From Octopus vulgaris (Eukaryota): 64,000 nt of DNA. Where the stretch lies: the NCBI GenBank assembly GCA_951406725.2, contig OX597827.1, positions 70,618,001 to 70,682,000 on the forward strand. The letters are read 5' to 3'. The notes under the pieces are model-generated. The model was given only the letters and a program-made list of their open reading frames with translations. It did not search any database and had not been told where the DNA came from. Both the position numbers and the translations under genes were made by a program. Position 1 is the first letter of the stretch. Each line of letters begins with the position of its first letter. Positions 38,396 through 49,880 of the stretch are shown here, piece after piece.

Positions 38396-41300
38396 ATCTT
38401 TCGAAACTTTTCACCGAAAATTTTCCCTAAAAATTTTTGGAACATTTTCACCAAAATATTTCGAAATCTTTTGCCGGAAATTTTCCCCAAATTTTCCACT
38501 AGATTTTTCACTAAAATTTTCCCAAAATTTTCCACTAAAATTTTTCGAAAATTTTCCCAAAGTATGAAAAGCCAGCGGTGCCAAAATCACGAAGTATGGA
38601 AGACCAGAGGTGCCAGAATCACAAAGTATGGAAAGCCAGCGGTGCCAAAATCACCGAAAATTTTACCCAAAAATTTTTCCAAACTTTTTCCCGATCTAAA
38701 AATAGATGTTATGGCTAAAAATAGAATTTTAGGTGGCTGCTTCTGCTGCTTTCTTTGTATAGAATGAATTCTGGTTTTGTATTAGTCAAGATGCACCAGA
38801 TTCTACTTTACACTTAACAACTATGACCATATCGACGTTTATGGACATCAGGATCTGGAGCATATTCGTTATATGGATTTCCGAAAATTTTTATTGAAAA
38901 TTTTCGAAAATTTTCACCACAAATGAATACATGCACATACATACAGACATGCACAAAATAAACATTCACAAACATACATGCACGTACATACATGCACATT
39001 TTTTTAAAATATTGTCTTTTAAATATTTTTTTGTAATATTTGTTTTGTACTATTTTTTCGTAATATTTTTTAAATATATTTCTTTAATATTTGTTTTAAT
39101 AAGTTTTTTTAATATTAAAAAAAATTTTTTTTTATATTAATTTTTTTATAATTAATTTTTTTTAAATTAATTTTTTTAAAACTAATTATTTTTAAATTAA
39201 TTTTTTTTAAATAATGGTTTTTTTTAATTAATTTTTTTTAATTAATACTTTTTTATTAATTTGTTTTAATTGATTTTTTGTCAATTAATTTTTTAATTAA
39301 TGTGTTTTTAAATAATTTTTTTTTTCAATAAATTTTTTGAAATAGTCTTTTTTATAAATAATCTTTTTTTATTAATTTAAAAAAAAATTTTTTTTAATTA
39401 TTATTTTTTTATTAATTTTTTTTAATTAATTTTTCTTTAATAATTTTTTTTTTTAAATAATTCTTTGTATTAAACCAGAATTCACACTATACAAAGAAAG
39501 CAGCAGAATCAGCCACCTAAAATTCTATTTTTAGCTCAAACATCTATTTTTAGCTCGGGGAAAATTTTCCAAAAATTTTTGATGTAAATTTTCGAAAAAT
39601 TTTAGTGGAAAATTTGGGTAAAATTTTAGTAGAAAATTTAGTGGAAAATTTGGGTAAAATTTTCGGCAAATGTTTTCGAATGGTGAAAATTTTCCAAATA
39701 TTTTTGGGGAAAATTTTCGGTGAAAATTTTCGAAAGATTTTTTTACAAAATTTTCGGTGAAAATTCTCGAAAAATTTTTTGGTAAAATTTTTAATGAAAA
39801 TTTTCGAAAAATTTTTGGAAGAGTATAAATGGTATGAAATAGGTGAGACCAGATATGCAGTGCTGGAAAAGAAGAATATAGATGAGTTTGTGTTGAGGTG
39901 TGAAAGGGAGAATTGGGAGGTGAGAGATACAAGAATGAGCGATGAATTCGTGGAAAATATGGAGGAGTTTTTCGGAGTAAGAATGGATATGGATGGTCTT
40001 CGTATTGGGAATGAACATTCAGGTGACAGTGAAAACAAAAGGACAGGTAAGTGGTGCTAGCGGATGGGGCCGTTGGCACCGCTTTCATATATCATTTTCA
40101 TAATTCATTTTACTCATATCTATGTAATTGTGATGTTCTATGTCCCCAATGTTTGTAACGTCCCCTCTATGTAGCCCCTAGTGGGTAATAAAGAATTAAC
40201 ATTGAGGAAAGCACCTTCGAAAAGTGTCTTGGTGCGACTATCAAAGATATCTAATCAGAGGCGGTAAATTTTCCACAATAGAAGCAAGGTTTGAGTCAAC
40301 GGAGCGTGCAAGGGACTACTCGACTTGAACTTGTAAAGTGGAAATATTTTACTTTTACCTTTATATCTGGGACGTAGGAGGTCCCAGAAAAAAATTGAAA
40401 ATGCTCCCCCATCCCCAGAAGTAGTGGTAGGCTGGATTTCGAAAAATTTTTGGACAAAATTTTCGGTGAAAATTCTCGAAAAATTTTTAGGGAAATTTTC
40501 GGGAAATTTTGGTAAAATTTTTGGATTAAATTTTCGAAAAATTTTCGGGTAAAATTTTTGGTGAAAATTTTGGAAAGATTTTTGGTGAAAATTTTGGAAA
40601 AATTTTTGGGTAAATTTTCGGTGAAAATTTTCGAAAAACTTTTGGGGAAAGTTTTCGAAATATTTTCAGGTTAATCTTTCGGTGATTTTGGAACCTCTGG
40701 CCTTCCATACTTTGCGATTTTGGCACCGCTAGCTTTCCATACTTTGTGATTTCAGCACTGCTAGGTTTCCATACTTTGTGAATTTGGCACAGCTGGCTTT
40801 CCATACTATATGATTTTGGCACCGCTGGCTTTCCATACTTTGGGGAAAATTTTCAAGAAATGGGGAAAATTGTCGGTGAAAATTTTTCGAAAATTTTTGG
40901 AAGATTTGTGTTGAAAATTTTCGATAATTTTTTGGGTAAAATCTTCGGTGAAAATTTTCGTAAAATTTTTGGGTAAAATTTGTGGTGAAAATTTTCGATA
41001 ATTTTTGGGTAATATTTTCAATAAAAATTTTAGGAAACCCATATAACGAATATGCTCCATATGCTGATGTCCATAAACGTCGATATTGTCATAGTTGTTA
41101 AGTGTAAAGTAGAATCTGGTGTATCGTTGATCGTGAGGTAACTTGACTGTAATATTAAACCAGAATTCACTCTATACAAAGAAAGCAGCAGAAGCAGCCA
41201 CCTAAAATTCTATTTTTAGCCAAAACATCTATTTTTAGCTCGGGGAAAATTTTCGAAAAATTTTTGAGTTAAATTTTCGTGGAAAATTTTCGAAAATTTT

Positions 41301-41768
41301 TTGGCTAAAATTTTCGAAAAATTTAAGGAAAATTTGGGGAAAATTTTCGGCAAAAGTTTTCGAAATATTTTGTTGAAAATTTTCCAAAAATTTTTGGGGA
41401 AAATTTTCGGTGAAAATTCTCAAAAAATTTTTTGGTAAAATTTTCAATGAAAATTCTCAAAACATTTTTGGACAAAAGTTTTAGTTAAAATTTTGTAAAT
41501 TTTCGAAAATTTTTGGGTAAAATTTTTGGTTAAAATTTTCGGTGAAAATTGTCAAAAAACTTTTGGGGAAAGTTTTCGAAATATTTTCGGGTAAAACTTT
41601 CGGTGATTTTGGCACCTCTGGCCTTCCATACTTTGTGATTTTGGCACCGCTAGCTTTCCATACTTTGTGATTTCAGCACTGCTAGGTTTCCATACTTTGT
41701 GATTTTGGCATAGCTGGCTTTCCATACTATATGATTTTGGCCCCGCTGGCTTTCCATACTTTGGAGAA
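38396..41768. repeat. Modular inverted-repeat domain: GAAAATTTTC arrays, a 32-bp repeat and a ~230-bp unique block in both orientations
   Basis: Block 38690-38925 (+) is reverse-complemented at 40978-41245 and partly at 39468-39560; AAAGTATGGAAAGCCAGCGGTGCCAAAATCAC at 38558-38655 (+) and at 40683-40845 and 41603-41765 (-). Confidence 0.9.
39819..40200 (+). mobile_element. Probable LINE-related 3' end: open frame ending at 40060 plus UTR with the tail shared by SINE B type 1
   Basis: Ends GTCCCCTCTATGTAGCCCCTAGTGGGTAATAAAGAATT, nearly identical to the SINE tail at 13155-13195. Confidence 0.6.
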
Positions 41769-41919
41769 AATGTATGTATGTTTATGTGCATGTCTGTATG
41801 TATGCATGTGTATGTATGTACCTTTGTGTAAAATGTGTGTATGTGTGTATGCCTGTATGTATGTATGTCTGTATGTTCGTGTCTGTATATGTATCTCTAT
41901 GTGTGTGTATCACTATGTA

Positions 41920-42110
41920 TCACTGACACAAACATACACACACACACATATATATATATAAATACATACGACCGGCTTCTTTCAGTATCCGTCTACCAAA
42001 TCCACTCACAAGGCTTTGGTCGACCCGAGGCTATAGTAGAAGACACTTGCCCAAGGTGCCACGCAGTGTGACTGAACCCGGAACCATGTGGTTCGTAATG
42101 AAGCTACTTA
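41920..42110 (-). mobile_element. SINE family A, 5' half
   Basis: CCGTCTACCAAATCCACTCACAAGGC...GAACCCGGAACCATGTGG. Confidence 0.85.
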
Positions 42111-43107
42111 TATTTATATATATAGATATAAATATAAAGTCTTAGGCATAAAATATGAGAAAAGAGGAGATATTAAGGTGTTATATTCTTGAAACCTACT
42201 ATGTGTGTGTGTGTGTGTGTGTGCGCATGTATGTATGTGTGTGTATTTATGTGCATGTCTGTATGTATGTATGTTTATGTATCTATATGTATGTATTTGT
42301 ATGTAAGTATGTGCATGTATGTGTATGTATGTAAGTATGTGCATGTATGTATGTGTATGTATGCATATGTGTGTATGTACGTATGTGCATGTATGCATGT
42401 AAGTATGTGTATGTATGTATATGTCTGTATATATGTATGTGTATATATGTATGTATGTGTATGTATGTATGTATGTGCATGTCTGTATGTATATGCATGT
42501 ATGTGTATGTATGTGTGTGTCTGTATGTATGTGTTGTGTATGTAGGTACGTATGTGTATGTAGGTATGTGTATGTATGTATGTGTATGTTTGTGTGTGTA
42601 TGTATGTGTGTATGTGTATGTATATGTGTGTATGTATGTAAGTGTATGTTTGTGTATGTATGCCTTACTTAGGGTCCATGTAGTTTTATGGGCAAAACAA
42701 AATGTTCAACTTCTTGCCTAGAGCGAGCCCATAGCAATATCATATCTTCTCCACTATTTCAGTATTACGTGTTAAAAGTGAAACAAAAATATTTCTCTAT
42801 TTTATGTCAGATGCTTTCACTTTAACAATAAAAATAATAATAACAATTGAATATGTAGTAAGTAATAATTAAAATCAAACTAAAGTATAATATAATCGTA
42901 ACATAACAAAAGTAAAAATAGCATTTGGTATAAAATTGCATCAATGATTTGAACTTGAATAAGTGGTTTCACATGAATGGGAATAAATTAAAAATAAAAT
43001 TAGCGTGCAAAAATGGAATAGTCCAGATGGATAATAAAAAATTAAATTAAAGAAAAGGCTATTGTCTATAAAGTATACAATGTAGAGAAAAAAGATTTGA
43101 ACACATG

Positions 43108-43445
43108 GAGGAAAGCACCTTCGAAAAGTGTCTTGGTGCGACTATGAAAGCTATCTAATCAGAGGCGGTAAATTTTCCACAATAGAAGCAAGGTTTGAGT
43201 CAACGGAGCGTGCAAGGGACTACTCGATTCGAACTTGCAAAGTGGAAATATTTTACTTTTACCTTTATATCTGGGACGTAGGACGTCCCAGAAAAAAAAT
43301 TGAAAATGCTCCCCCCATCCCCAGAAGTAGTGGTAGGCTGGATTGTAGCCACACTTCTATACAAGAGGGAGGACAAGATACAATTGATCGAAATTACAAG
43401 AGACGGGCTAACAATTCCAGTCTGTTATATATTTTGAGTATTGTT
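43108..43445 (+). mobile_element. Decayed coding-like fragment, possibly L1/Tx1 ORF1; first ~235 bp duplicated at 40204-40438
   Basis: The direct duplication is unambiguous; the ORF1 assignment (YLIRGGKFSTIEARFESTERARDYS) is recalled resemblance only. Confidence 0.4.
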
Positions 43446-43928
43446 ATCACTAGCAATATCAAGATATAACTTTGTATTTTGTATTTTATGTGTAGATGTA
43501 TATATATAGACATACATGTAATAAGTACACATATATACATGCACTAGCACTATGACCCAGCAACGATGGGTCTTTAATGCTAGTATATATATATATATAT
43601 ATATATTGTCTATGGAACCAAATCTATAAATGATGGTAATGATTCTGATGAAATACACACATACACACACGTGTGCACACACACATATACAAACACACGT
43701 GACTGCTGAAATAAATAAGCATATTCATCTCATACTTCTTATCTTTCTTTATATTATGTATATATATATATATATAATAATGGAGTAAGCTTCATGGAAG
43801 CCAGTTAGCTGCTCTGGCAACGATCATGCTCGGATGGTGCTCTTAGCGCACCACTAGCACGGTTGCCAGTCATCAAATTTGATTTCGATTTCAATTTCAC
43901 TTGCCTCAACAGGTCTTCACAAGCAGAG

Positions 43929-43969
<41 letters not shown>

Positions 43970-44155
43970 GTTTAAAGAGGACAACAAACGTTAAGGCAAG
44001 ACAAACATCTCACGTCATATACATTATTATTATTATTGGAAAAATACTATTATAACTACCATCTCAGCTATAACCTTTGAGCCCTAGTAATCTGTTATAG
44101 CAGTTACCTAGCATATCTAATCGTTTAGATCACCAATGAACTAAACCTCCATACT

Positions 44156-44490
44156 ATCATAAGCGAAAAGTGTAACCTCTCGAAAGAGCTGTTCTTCACT
44201 CCTGCTCCAGAGTGTCGGCTGCGGGGTCATTCCGAAAAGCTCTACCTGCGACGATTTCATCTCAATCGAAGGAGAGGAGCTTTCTCCGTCCGGGTTGCGA
44301 ATCCGTGGAACAAGCTGCCAGACAAGATGGTGAAGATGCCGACAACCGCTTTGTTCAAAGCCTCCCTTGACCTCAAGTGGCCTGAACTCTTTACATGAAC
44401 ACCACCCTGTACTTAACTCCATGTCCCCCTACATGGCCTTGCTATTTGCTTTTGAGCCAAATTATCTAACTAACTAACTAACTAACTAAC
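44156..44490 (+). mobile_element. CR1-type LINE 3' end
   Basis: + frame 44156-44398: RLRGHSEKLYLRRFHLNRRRGAFSVRVANPWNKLPDKMVKMPTTALFKASLD, the CR1 ORF2 terminus; (TAAC)n tail at 44467-44490. Confidence 0.88.
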
Positions 44491-45181
44491 TTGTATGTAT
44501 ATATATATATATATATATATAGTTAATCCAAACATGAAAGCATAAAAAAACACAACAACGCGAGGACGTGGAACAAATATAGTATTATTGGACACTCAGG
44601 AAAGAAGGAGGGCTTAACTTTTCGAGTGGAGCTCTTCGTTGGAGACATAGGAGAAGGAAAGATCCAGAGAAGGGAAGACAGAGGAAAAAAAAAATCGCCA
44701 ACGGTACACACACGGTCACATATATATATGTATATATATATACACACTGGGCTTCCACAGTTTCATTCCATTGAATTCTTTCTGGTTGGCCCAGAAGCTA
44801 TTTTAGAAGACACATGCTCAAGGTGCCACTCAGAAGGAGTGAACCCAAGATCACTGGGCTGTAATGAAAGCCTCTTAACCACACAGCCATGTCTCTGCTA
44901 GTATTGTTGATAGGGGGATCTATTTCTGTTTTGTGTTTGCTGCATTCGTAAGTGAAAGAGTTTGAATCTGTGAATGAAATGCTTCAGTTTTCTTATGATG
45001 TATGGATGCAAGCGTAGTTGTGAAGTTACGCATTGCGCACCTCAACCACATGGTCTCAGGTTCAGTCCTACTGCATGGCACCTTGAGAAAGTCTTCTGTT
45101 ATAAGCCAGCCAACCAATGTGTTTTGAGGGAACTTGGTAGACAGAGAATGCATGGAAACCTATCATGTGTCTCAATGTGTA

Positions 45182-45915
45182 CACGAGGGCATGCTGAAAA
45201 GTTGCTGGCTTTAAGGACATCATGAAATGCCTGGTCGGAGGCCCAACATTCCGAATTCTTTTACAGGGCTTAGAAAATCATCATCATTGTTCGACCGTGG
45301 TCGAGACAATGGAATTTACCATGCTACACCAGACTTCACGGTCCATCATGGCATTACGGAGGTCCTGTTGCTGGATGCCTGTATCCCTGGAGATTACATC
45401 AGGGTAGGAGAGTGTGCGCCCTCTGGTATTGCGAGTAGATGGCTTCCAGAGGAGAAGAGTAGAAATTGCCTCGTTTTCAGCCCTACAACAATGTCCAGCA
45501 AACTGGACTCTTCTACCTTTCACAAGAGATGATACAGGTGGTAGTTTCCCATATATTTGCATTTTGGTTGGATGACGCTTCCACGAGACATTTTGAGTTC
45601 TCATAAGGAGGCGAGTGTAGGTTCCATCCAACTGCTTCTCAAGCTTCTTTGATAACGTCCAGGTTTCTGAGCTATATAGTAGAATTGGTTCGACTGTGGC
45701 TTTGAAGATTTCAAGATTGAAGTCTCTACTTAGATTTGATGACCAGATCTTATGCATGTCATTACAGGCTGACCAGGGCTTAGAAAAACTGAAGGACTGC
45801 TGCAATAAGTGTGTAAATCCAAGAGAGAAATATGTTGAATAAAATCATAATTAACTGATCCTCCTGTCTGTATTTACTTTTAGCCAAAGCCAGGAACTTT
45901 TCAGCAGCCCCTTGA
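45182..45915 (+). mobile_element. Internally deleted mariner element
   Basis: TIRs GAGGGCATGCTGAAAAGTTGCTGGCTTT / AAAGCCAGGAACTTTTCAGCAGCCCCTT; transposase C-terminal remnant GLEKLKDCCNKCVNPREKYVE*. Confidence 0.8.
45278..45773 (-). mobile_element. 5'-truncated RTE-clade LINE with 14-bp TSD
   Basis: IFKATVEPILLYSSETWTL..LDGTYTRLLM..RRVQFAGHCCR..LLLWKP..AMMDREVW; (TGA)n tail; TSD CAGGGCTTAGAAAA at 45264-45277 and 45774-45787. Confidence 0.93.
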
Positions 45916-46135
45916 ATGTGTGTGTGTGTGTTTTTGTATTTGTCACCACTACTGCTTGACAACTGGTGTTGCTATGTTTACATCCTATAACTTAGCAGTT
46001 CGGCGAAAGAGACTGATACAGTAAGTACTAGACTTACAAGTAAATACTGGGGTCAATTTGCTTGACTAAACCCTTCAATGCAGTGCCCCAGCATGGCCAC
46101 AGTCCAATGACTGAAACAAGTATATATATATATAT

Positions 46136-46533
46136 ACTCTCTTTACTCATTTCAGTCATTTGAGTGTGGCCATGCTGGAGTACCGCCTTTAGTCAAGCAA
46201 ATCGACCCCAGGACTTATTCTTTGGAAGCCTAGTACTTATTCTATCGGTCTCTTTTGCCGAACCGCTAAGTTACGGGGACGTAAACACACCAGCATCGGT
46301 TGTCAAGTGATGTTGGGGTAAACACACCAGCATCGGTTGTCAAGTGATGTTGGGGGACACACACACACACATATATATATATATGTTTCCGTCTACCAAA
46401 TCCACTCACAAGGCTTTGGTCAGTCCGAGGCTATAGTAGAAGACACTTGCCCAAGGTGCCACGCAGTGGGACTGAACCCGGAACCATGTGGCTGATAAGC
46501 AAGCTACTTACCACACAGCCACTCCTGCGCCTA
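46136..46533 (-). mobile_element. SINE family A with an internal ~37-bp tandem duplication
   Basis: TAAACACACCAGCATCGGTTGTCAAGTGATGTTGGGG occurs twice at ~46282-46355. Confidence 0.9.
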
Positions 46534-47159
46534 TATATATATATATATATATATATATAGATGTAAAGAATTACAGTTGATTTAGAAAAACTTTGCTTAA
46601 AACGATTTTGTATGACTGATGACTCTCAAGGGGGGAAAAAAAACTATTGAAGAGATTGATTTTGGCATCAAATTTTAAACAAGAAGCTGATAATCATCTA
46701 ATTTGATACAAGGAAACTCAGCGTGCCAAAGACGAAATAGAAGAAATCAAAGTTCTCACTGCCAAAAGAAGCTGCAGTGAATTCGCTGTGGGATTTGTAG
46801 ACCAACTAGACTCCGTATTATGTGATGTAACTAATATATATGTATAAACACAAACTTGTTACCAGTTCAAGTATGCTTGATGCATATCAAAACCTGTAAG
46901 AAAGCCATTCACTGTCCTGGAGAAAAATTTTGTAGACAAATAGGTGAAAATACAGAGTCAGTTCACAGCATTCCCTAACCAGACAGTTGGATGCATGCAT
47001 TTCAGAGTTTTTATCTCCTCTTCAGTAGCAGATACTGGAAAGGCAATCTGACACAAAAGGCAGGCCCTTATGATATTTCCACCATCGTTCAGTAACTAGC
47101 TGTGCTATTCAGCAGCTCACCACCCCATAATATACATATGAATATATGTGTGTGTGTGA

Positions 47160-47425
47160 AGGTGCATGGCTCAGTGGTAAAGGTGTTACACTCATGATTG
47201 CAAGAGCATGGGTTTGATTCCCAGACTGGGTGTTGCGTTGTGTTCTTGAGCAAAGCACTTCATTTCACGTTGCTCTACAATCATTTCGTAATCTGACATG
47301 TAGTACCTGTTGCACCTGTACAGGTAATGCCAATTTGATGGAGTGAGTGAGCTTATGTCTACACAAATCATCTGTGTGGTTGTTCAGTAAGAAATTGTTG
47401 AGCCCTAATGTCAGGAGAGTCCATC
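47160..47425 (+). mobile_element. Another old tRNA-derived CORE-type SINE (family E)
   Basis: TGGCTCAGTGGTAA A-box, GGTTTGATTCCC B-box-like, TGTGTTCTTGAGCAAAGCACTT CORE-like motif. Confidence 0.7.
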
Positions 47426-47434
47426 ATATATATA

Positions 47435-47730
47435 CTAGCAGTATAGCTCGGGTTTGTAAGGGAAATAACTATATAAGCATTTTTAGAGAGTTACTTCCCT
47501 TATATAACCCAAGCAAAAATCATTAAAAATGCGGAAAAATGATGGTAAATTTTTTTTTAATCGTAGACTCATCGTAGACGCGCGCTAATACCCAGAAGGG
47601 CTCGATACGCATGACGATTATAAGATACCCACTTTTGGTTAAACTGCACCGCAAAATGTGGGAGTAGTTAGGAATCTAAATCGGAGGAGACAGAGTCTCA
47701 CACACACAACTTCAATTTTATATATAAAGA
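47435..47730 (-). mobile_element. Non-autonomous Helitron
   Basis: Minus strand starts TCTTTATATATAAAA and ends CTAG, inserted between A and T with no TSD; the subterminal hairpin appears partly deleted. Confidence 0.75.
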
Positions 47731-47732
47731 TA

Positions 47733-47988
47733 TCATCATCATCATTTAGCGTCCGTTTTCCTTGCTGACATGGATTGGACAATTCGACTGGGGTCTGGGA
47801 AGCCAGGAGGCTGCACCAGGCCCCAATCTGATCTGGCAGTGTTTCTACAGCCAACCACTCTGAGAGTGCAGTGGGTGATTTTTACATGCCACCAGCACAG
47901 AGGCCAGACGAGCTGGCATCGGCCACATTCGGATGGGGCTTTTTATGTGTCACTGGCATGGGGGTCACAACTGCAATTTCCATTTGAT
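47733..47988 (-). mobile_element. Retroposon family C
   Basis: (CAT)n tail; GGGTCTGGGAAGCCAGGAGGCTGCACCAGG. Confidence 0.8.
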
Positions 47989-48060
47989 TGTAATATATAT
48001 GTATATATATATATATATATGTATAAATATATTGGTGTTTAGTAAATAAATAAATACTAT

Positions 48061-48134
48061 ATCTTTACGCAGGGGCCATGCTAATCTTCTCTGTATTGTT
48101 CCAATTTTAGAATATGTACTGCCATAGCTAGTAG
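48061..48134 (-). pseudogene. RNU6: U6 snRNA pseudogene, 5' part (nt ~1-74)
   Basis: Minus strand GGCAGTACATATTCTAAAATTGGAACAATACAGAGAAGATTAGCATGGCCCCTGCGTAAAGAT, including the ACAGAGA box and AGC triad. Confidence 0.95.
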
Positions 48135-48405
48135 ATATATTTTCCTTTCATTTCAGGCATACATTTCTTCTGTAGACTTTCCTATCACCCGAACATCTCA
48201 AGGCATGTGTACTTTGGGACATGTAATTCTTATCTAGGTTATCTGCCTTAAAATTTAGCAGTTGAAACTTCACTTTCAGCTATGTAACTCTCATTGACCA
48301 ATAAGAACTGATTTTGATATTCACTGATAAAGGGTGGCTTTGTCAGTGACATTTGGTTACGTCTCCATTCATAAATCCCATCTGAAAGATCACAGTTATA
48401 TTTTA

Positions 48406-48483
48406 CTAGCATCTAAGCCCGGTTTCACCCGGTCTGTTTGGATGATGTGGCTGTGACCGTTTTCAGTTAGGCATAATCTATAA
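48406..48483 (-). mobile_element. Helitron 3' terminus fragment, abutted by a hAT-type end (CAGCGTTTCTCAACC at 48484)
   Basis: Minus strand CCGGGTGAAACCGGGCTTAGATGCTAG|T: GC hairpin followed by CTAG. Confidence 0.55.
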
Positions 48484-48823
48484 CAGCGTTTCTCAACCTT
48501 ATCATTCCGGGTCCCCTGTTTTGATTGGATCCCACCCCACTTGTATATATATACTGATGCAAACTCATACATATGCTTCTCTCTCTCTCTCTCTCTCTCT
48601 CCCTATCTCTATACGCACACACAAACACTTATATATGTATATACATACACATATGTGCCCACAGCTGTTGTGAAGAAAACAGGAGTTGTGAAGAAAGAAT
48701 TTGTACATAGTCTGTTTCTGAGAGCTATTCTATTGGACCTCTGTCTAATCATCAAAACATTGATTTAATTATGAACATAGAAAGAAATTATACATTAATC
48801 CCTATTTTTGTAAGCAGTTGTAT

Positions 48824-48869
48824 CTGTGTAAGGATGACACGTAAATTCGTGAAAAGTTTCATATTTTTT
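48824..48869 (+). pseudogene. RNU6: U6 snRNA pseudogene, 3' part (nt ~63-end)
   Basis: CTGTGTAAGGATGACACGTAAATTCGTGAAAAGTTTCATATTTTTT versus canonical CTGCGCAAGGATGACACGCAAATTCGTGAAGCGTTCCATATTTTT. Confidence 0.92.
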
Positions 48870-48873
48870 CTAA

Positions 48874-49232
48874 TAGGCACAGGAGTGGCTGTTTGGTAAG
48901 TAGCTTGCTTACCAACCACATGGTTCCGGGTTCAGTCCCACTGTGTAGCACCTTGGGCAAGTGTCTTCTAATATAGCTTTGGGCCGGCCAAAGCCTTGTG
49001 AGTGGGTTTGGTAGATGGAAACTGAAAGAAGCCCATCGTATATATGTATATATATATATGTGCGTGTATATGTTGTGTATCTTTGTTTGTCCCCCCAACA
49101 TTGCTTGACAACCAATAGAATAAATACTAGGCTTATAAAGAATAAGTCCTGGGGTCAATTTGATTCAACTAAAGGCGGTGCTCCAGCAGGGCCGCAGTCA
49201 AATGACTGAAACAAGTAAAAGAATAAAAGAAT
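48874..49232 (+). mobile_element. SINE family A (internal deletion) directly after the U6 3' end
   Basis: TAGGCACAGGAGTGG head begins 4 nt after the U6 T-run. Confidence 0.9.
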
Positions 49233-49398
49233 ATATCAGCATTTTTCTATATAGGGAGAGCAGGATCCTAGAGCTGCTTTAATATATGGGATTTTTCAGA
49301 CAGGCAAAGTCTACAGGTATATAACACATTGAAATATGCTGTAGCATTGTCAACAATATTATACATTTTATATATACAAGCATGTGTGTGTGTATGTT

Positions 49399-49880
49399 TA
49401 AAGGCAATGCTCCAGCATGGCCACAGTCAAATGACTGAAACAAACAAGTAAAAGAATATATATATATATAGGCGCAGGAGTGGCTGTGTGGTAAGTAGCT
49501 TGTTTACCAACCACATGGTTTCGGGTTCAGTCCCACTGCGTGACATCTTCGGCAAGTGTCTTCTGCTATAGCCTCGGGCCGACCAATGCCTTGTGAGTGG
49601 ATTTGGTAGACAGAAACTGGAAGAAGCCTGTCGTATAGATATATATATATATATGTGTGTGTGTATATATGTTTGTGTGCCTGTGTTTGTCCCCCCTAGC
49701 ATTGCTTGACAACCGATGCTGGTGTGTTTATGTCCCCGTCACTTAGCGGTTCGGCAAAAGAGACCGATAGAATAAGTACTGGGCTTACAAATGAATAAGT
49801 CCCGGGATCGAGTTGCTCAATTAAAGGCGGTGCTCCAGCATGGCCGCAGTCAAATGACTGAAACAAACAAGTTAAAGAAT
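49399..49880 (+). mobile_element. SINE family A (49469-49880) preceded by a bare copy of its tail (49399-49460)
   Basis: Both tails carry the variant GAAACAAACAAGT. Confidence 0.88.

Larger units (their letters stand above)
45003..46120 (+). mobile_element. Old SINE family A copy split by a mariner derivative
   Basis: 5' half at 45003-45180; 3' half at 45916-46120. Confidence 0.75.

Noticed and set aside
38471-41791. K/F/I-rich ORFs in the inverted-repeat domain
   Set aside because: Products of GAAAATTTTC arrays and the 32-bp repeat; the unit length is not a multiple of three
48061-48200. Functional U6 gene
   Set aside because: Truncated at nt 74, substitutions in conserved positions, and no clear TATA box about 30 bp upstream
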